From Octopus sinensis (taxonomy: Eukaryota), in the NCBI RefSeq assembly GCF_006345805.1, contig NC_043011.1:44032464-44096463 (forward strand): a stretch of DNA of 64,000 bases, read 5' to 3'. Positions 62,239 to 64,000 of the stretch are shown piece by piece (positions within the stretch are counted from its first letter, which is position 1; the number at the start of each line of letters is the position of its first letter). The notes under the pieces were generated by a model. It had not been told where the DNA came from, searched no databases, and saw nothing but the letters and a program-made list of their open reading frames with translations. Both the position numbers and the translations under genes were made by a program.

Positions 62239-62370
62239 TTTTTGCACTGTTGGCTGTATGTGTGTGTGTGTGTGTGTGTCTTTTTGCACTGTTGGCTGTA
62301 TGTGTGTGTGTGTGTGTGTGTGTGTCTTTTTGCACTGTTGGCTGTATGTGTGTGTGGGTGGGTGTGTGTA
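61560..62370. repeat. Compound (TG)n-anchored satellites
   Basis: (tg)n-catcataatgtgactattgcattgttggct units, then (tg)n-tctttttgcactgttggctgta units. Confidence 0.9.
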
Positions 62371-62671
62371 TTGTAAATTTTAACGAGTTTCAACTGAGTC
62401 ACCATTATGTTCTGATTACATTGTGTTGTGTATAAATGGAAAAACCCCAACCCACCCGCTCCCACCTGTGGAAAGGGGTGTAGGAGGAAAACAAAGGTAG
62501 TGGGTGGAAAGTGTGGTGTAATCATTGAGGTTGGCTGATGAATGTGAAATACAGGAAAGGGGGAGGTTGTTGTTGTTTAACCCCGGGTCAATGCTCATCA
62601 AGCAAACTTAAAATCAAAAACATTCCAACTGTGACCATCCTGTTTTTTTTTGTTTTTTTTTATTAATGTAT

Positions 62672-62902
62672 ATTTCTTTATTGCCCACAGGGGGCTGAAC
62701 ATAGAGGGGACAAATAAGGACAGACAAAGGGTTTCAGTCGATTACATTGACCCCCAGCGTGTAACTGGTACTTGTTTAATCGACCTCGAAAGGTTGAAAG
62801 GCAAAGTCGACCTTGGTGGAATTTGAACTCAGAAGGTAACGCTAGACGAATTACTGCTAGGCATTTCGCCTGGTGTGCTAACAATTCTGCCAGTTCGCCA
62901 CC
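62672..62902 (-). mobile_element. SINE B
   Basis: tttctttattgcccacagggg ... ctgccagttcgcc. Confidence 0.88.
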
Positions 62903-63437
62903 CTTTTTTTATTAATGTGCGGTGTATCTAGGACTACATTTCCTGTTGCACCTGTTTACTCCTCTAAAAATTTAGGCATGAGGTCAGTACTGGTCTGGAT
63001 AGCTCCCCCTCCACTCTTTCTGTCTCTCCAGCTGTGACATAATGTTCTGCTGGGTCAAGTGTAGAAGGGCCGAGGGGGTGTCTATGCACTAGCATAGCTA
63101 GAGAGGGCGGGACGACTATGTATTTTTTGTGTGGGGGGGGTCACCCCAAGCGGCACACACTCTAGCAACACTCGTGTATCTATGTCTGTTGGTGACTATA
63201 CAGGTAACTAGAGAAATGAGGGAGAGCATGGAACATGCCACTATGTCATACTCATTTGTGGGAGATAGTTGTGTTTTATATATAAAAAGCACCCACTACA
63301 CTCTGTTAAGTGGTTGGCATTACGAAGAGTTTCAAGTTATAGAAACCATGCCAAAGCTGACATTAGACCTGGCAGAACCCTTTGGTTTGTTCTTATCAAA
63401 CCATCCACCCCATGCCAGCATGGAAAAAAGGATTTTA

Positions 63438-63658
63438 CCCTTTAGCATTTAAACCGGCTATATCTGGCCAAAAGTATTCTGCTTGTTTTATGTTCAAACT
63501 GGCCAGATCTGGTCTCTCACACCAACCCTACAATATTGTTTTAAAAATTAACAGCTACCTCATCAAAATCTCAAAGCTACAAGATAATGCATGATTAGTT
63601 CAAAACAATGTAGATGAAGAGGCATTAGTTTTGGCAGAATAATGCGAACACTAAAGGG
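63438..63658. mobile_element. piggyBac-like MITE inserted in the TTAA of an RTE tail (63280-63685)
   Basis: TTTA|CCCTTTAG ... CTAAAGGG|TTAA, followed by aatgatgatgat completing the RTE tail. Confidence 0.8.
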
Positions 63659-63739
63659 TTAAAATGATGATGATGATGATGATGATATATTGGTAGTCTT
63701 TCATTGTCCAAGAAAGATGGCTCTGCAATCATCATGATC

Positions 63740-64000
63740 AGATAACATCCGTTTTTCTATGCTGGCATGGGTTGGACGGTTTGACTGAAAACTGGTAAGA
63801 TGGGGAGCTGCACCAGGTTCCAATCAGATTTAGCATGATTTCTACAGCTGGATGCCCTTCCTAACACCAACCACTCCAAGAGTGTAGCAGGTGCTTTTTA
63901 CGTGCCACTGGCACAGGTGCCAGTTACAAAACACCAGTATTGGTCATGTCTATGATCTCACTTTGCTTGACAGGTCTTTTCAAGCGCAGTATATTGCCAA
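63740..64000 (-). mobile_element. RTE 3' UTR fragment (family E)
   Basis: atgctggcatgggttggacgg..tttctacagctggatgcccttcctaac..ttttacgtgccac. Confidence 0.88.

Noticed and set aside
22-62525. Most ORFs in the six-frame track (poly-YI, poly-CV, poly-HT, poly-S/V, and recurring peptides such as [18 protein letters not shown] or FYQIHSQG)
   Set aside because: They are translations of microsatellites and of SINE or RTE non-coding sequence.
50290-64000. Search for myosin V exon 3 (LRNPDIL motif)
   Set aside because: Not found by eye on the plus strand; it is presumably beyond the window.

Overview
AT-rich eukaryotic, almost entirely non-coding DNA. It is dense in tRNA-derived SINEs, RTE and CR1 LINE remnants, Tc1/mariner, piggyBac-like and hAT-like MITEs, and (TA)n/(CA)n microsatellites. 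The repeat spectrum resembles octopus (cephalopod) genomes; that assignment is from memory, not a search. The window appears to be the intron-rich 5' part of a class V myosin gene on the + strand. A clean 108-nt exon at 50182-50289 encodes HAKIWIRDDTLVWREGELAEDYKGQKSLKVLVYDKG, the equivalent of myosin V exon 2. A probable upstream coding exon at 41924-42085 would add an unusually long N-terminus, and several weaker phase-0 candidate first exons lie further upstream. The most unusual signal is a tRNA-headed SINE family (25.9, 50.8-51.2 and 51.6 kb) whose 3' half folds as a minimal type I hammerhead ribozyme of the kind carried by Penelope-like elements; two of its three insertions carry head-to-head inverted copies. 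A second hammerhead-like element sits inside TA tracts, and several independent fold-back inverted duplications occur. A 1.48-kb tandem duplication and an indel-only RTE copy suggest long-read assembly errors. Almost all ORFs in the supplied track are microsatellite or SINE artefacts. Family letters (A, B, C, D, E, F, P, Q) are my working labels, and repeat boundaries are approximate to about 10 bp unless termini are quoted.
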